NCBI RefSeq assembly: GCF_000315625.1
Contig: NW_005434626.1
Location: 494,712-558,711, forward strand
Direction: 5' to 3'
DNA: 64,000 nt
Origin: Guillardia theta CCMP2712
Lineage: Eukaryota > Protista > Cryptophyta
A model generated the notes under the pieces. It was given only the letters and a program-made list of their open reading frames with translations. It was not told the origin of the DNA and did not search any database. A program made the translations under genes and the position numbers. The number at the start of each line of letters is the position of its first letter. Within the stretch, counting starts at the first letter, position 1. Of the stretch, positions 61,630 through 64,000 are shown in pieces.

Positions 61630-64000
61630 TTGTGGATGCAGGATGGTCTGAAGGAGCGAACATGGAAAGAGAGCCGAAAGTTGCATTTGCAACGATTGAG
61701 GACCCGAACAAGGTCAGTCGTCACCTCACACTGTTCACTGCTGCTCCTTGACATGCTGTTACTCAGGGAGGTTATGAAGATGATGATGACGGCCAGGAGA
61801 TTACTATTGACCAGGCGTTGTCGAGCATCAACGGATGGGGGAGGTTCCAGGTGAGCACAAGAACATGCGATTAGTTTCATCCTTGATTGTCTTCAGAGAG
61901 GAGAGGAGAGGAGAGGAGAGTAAGAGGGGGAAAGGAGGGGAGAGGGGAGGAGAGGGGAGGGGAGGAGAGGAGGGGAGAGGAGAGGAGGAGAGGAGAGGAG
62001 AGGAGAGGAGAGGAGAGGAGAGGCGAGGAGGGGAGGGGAGAGGAGAGCGGAGGAGGGAGGGAGGAGTGGGAGAAAATAGAGGAGGGAGGAGGGAGGAAGT
62101 TGTGAAATGGACAGGACGAGAGGGATTTCAGAATATGGGAGCCAACCTGGACGTGATATAATTGCATGAGAGCATGTTTCTGATCCTTCTTCCAGCATTG
62201 GAACACATTGTTGATGGGGTTAGTATGGTTCGTTTCAGGTATTTGCCTCCCTCTCCCTTTGTTCGATGACAGAGTTGAGGATGTCAGGATTATTTAGTTT
62301 CGGCCCAGTTGAATGGGGTTCAAAGATGATGGCAGCGACGAACTGGGGAGGTTTGAGATGGTCAGGAGTGATTTTGACTCTGATTTGAACGGCAAGGTTG
62401 TGAAGAAGAACAGTTTGCAAACACCATGTACTACGCGTCACAGCTACTTGGCAACGCAAGTGAGATGCTCTGCTATCGTGCTGATTGTATGCTGAATGAT
62501 TTGCTAATAGTCTTCGGGCCCTTTTCGGACAGCTTTGGGAGGAGAAAGGTGAGGACGATGATTGAGGGAGGAGAACGGAGGAGCAACCGAGCAACAAGAC
62601 GGAGAATGCGGACAGAGTGTGGGAGGAGGAGGAGGAGGAGTATGACGAGGAGGAGGAGGAGGAGGAGGAGGAGGAGGAGGAGAAGGAGGAGGAGAAGGAG
62701 GAGGAGGAGGAGGAGCTGACTGGGCTTGAAGGCTCTTCTTGCTACTGTCTCTCTTCTCGCAGCTGGGGGCCTTCTCTGCTTCTTCTCGCGGCACTTCAAT
62801 GTGTATGTTCTCTCACGCGTCATGACAGGAGCAGGAGCAGCCGGTAGGACTTGTTGACGTTTCCTTCCTTGCCTCTTGCTTTGTGCGTCTCTCCCTGGCT
62901 TCCTCCTCTACCTCTACTTCTCCCCTCGAACACGCACACCGAACTTGCCTTCATGCACGTGCTCGTGGGTGATTTTAATGATCTCAGGTGGAACACTTGT
63001 GACCAGCGTGCTGATCTCTGAGGTTGATCGATTCTTAACTTGTTTTCCCTCTTCTCCTCCTCCTCCTCCTCCCCTCCTCCTCCCCTCTCCTCCTCCTCCT
63101 CCCTCCCTCCCCTCCCCTCCCCTCCCCTCCCTCCTCTTCCGTTTTCGTTCCTCCGTCGTCCCTCTCGTCATCCTTCGTTCTCGCCTCTTCCTCTTCCTCT
63201 TCCTCTTTGCACTTGCTCATCCTCACTGCGCAGGTCGTCTCGGCCGATGCTCGAGCGCTGGTCGTCTGCTTTTACCTTCAGATCGGCTTCTCCATTGGCG
63301 TCATATGCGCCATCCCCACCAACCTCCTCACCGACGACTGGAGGACAGGTTCCCTCCTCCGCTGCTTCCTGCCTCTCTTCCTGTCCCCCCTCCTCCCTTG
63401 TCTTACTTGCCGCTCCTGCTCTCCTCCCCCCTCTTTCTCCTCCTCTTCCTTGGACTCTTCTACCCGCTGCCGCTGCCGCTGCTCCTGAACTTGCTCCTCT
63501 GTTTGTTACCTCGGCTCCCTCCCCTCCTCGTCCCCTCGTACTATCATCCTCCTCCTCTTCTTCTCTTTCCCTCTTGTGCTTCTTCATGCTCCTTCGCCTG
63601 ACATGCCCAGCAGAAGTTGCGGTCCCTACCTTCCTCACCCTCACCATCCTCCCCATCCTCTTGTTCGACGTGCGCGAATCTCCGAGGTTTCTTTTGGCCA
63701 AGGGCATGACAGGTGAAACCGAAAGTTTGACGGGGGTAGAGAAAGAGGAGGAGAAAAATGCGGGAGAACGAGACGAGGACGAGGAGAGAAGAGAGGAGGA
63801 AAGGAAGAGGAGGGGGCGCGGAAGGAGAGGAGGAGGAGGAGGACGATGTAGTACGAGGAGGGAGGAGGACGATGTAGTACGAGGAGGGAGGAGGAGGACG
63901 ATGTAGTACCATTTATTGGCCCGGATGCACACGCATCTTTAAGATGATCATGCTGCTGTTCACGACTTCATAGATTCGCAGCCAGAGGGTCGATCGTAGC
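61630..64000 (+). CDS. MFS transporter (SLC22/SV2-like), truncated by window end
   Basis: FGPFSDSFGRRK (MFS motif A), VLISE|VVSADARA, VRESPRFLLAKG; start uncertain. Confidence 0.75.
63835..63909 (+). repeat. 27-bp tandem repeat x3 (GAGGAGGACGATGTAGTAC core), intronic
   Basis: Directly visible. Confidence 0.9.

Noticed and set aside
1-64000. tRNA, rRNA or transposon genes
   Set aside because: None recognised by eye; tRNAscan-SE and Infernal were not run

Overview
Gene-dense eukaryotic nuclear scaffold, not prokaryotic. It holds about 21 protein-coding genes, most split by short (about 40-55 nt) GT-AG introns with a CTGAC-like branch point, plus some longer introns inflated by microsatellites, and five N-gaps. 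Intron style and gene families suggest a flagellated alga, most likely a cryptophyte (inference only). Recognisable genes: SLC35B-type nucleotide-sugar/PAPS transporter, coiled-coil protein, collagen + C-type lectin protein, EsV-1-7-like Cys-rich repeat protein, PKD2 channel, ankyrin/IQ protein, EF-hand/IQ protein, PIG-S, a head-to-head pair of secreted LysM proteins, small ankyrin protein, SAP+Myb factor, sulfotransferase, RMD1/DUF155, RING-H2, RSPH9, DUF4787, CNBD K+ channel, syntaxin-18 and a truncated MFS transporter. Most notable: (1) a gene with scavenger-receptor/collectin-like domain order, seen only after splicing by hand; (2) the LysM pair around a palindrome plus telomeric-repeat island; (3) a spliced EsV-1-7-like gene the ORF track only fragments; (4) a recurring 5'-flank grammar of strand-oriented GGGGTA islands and CCGG/palindrome islands, not seen between convergent gene ends. 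All gene models were spliced by eye, so boundaries are approximate.
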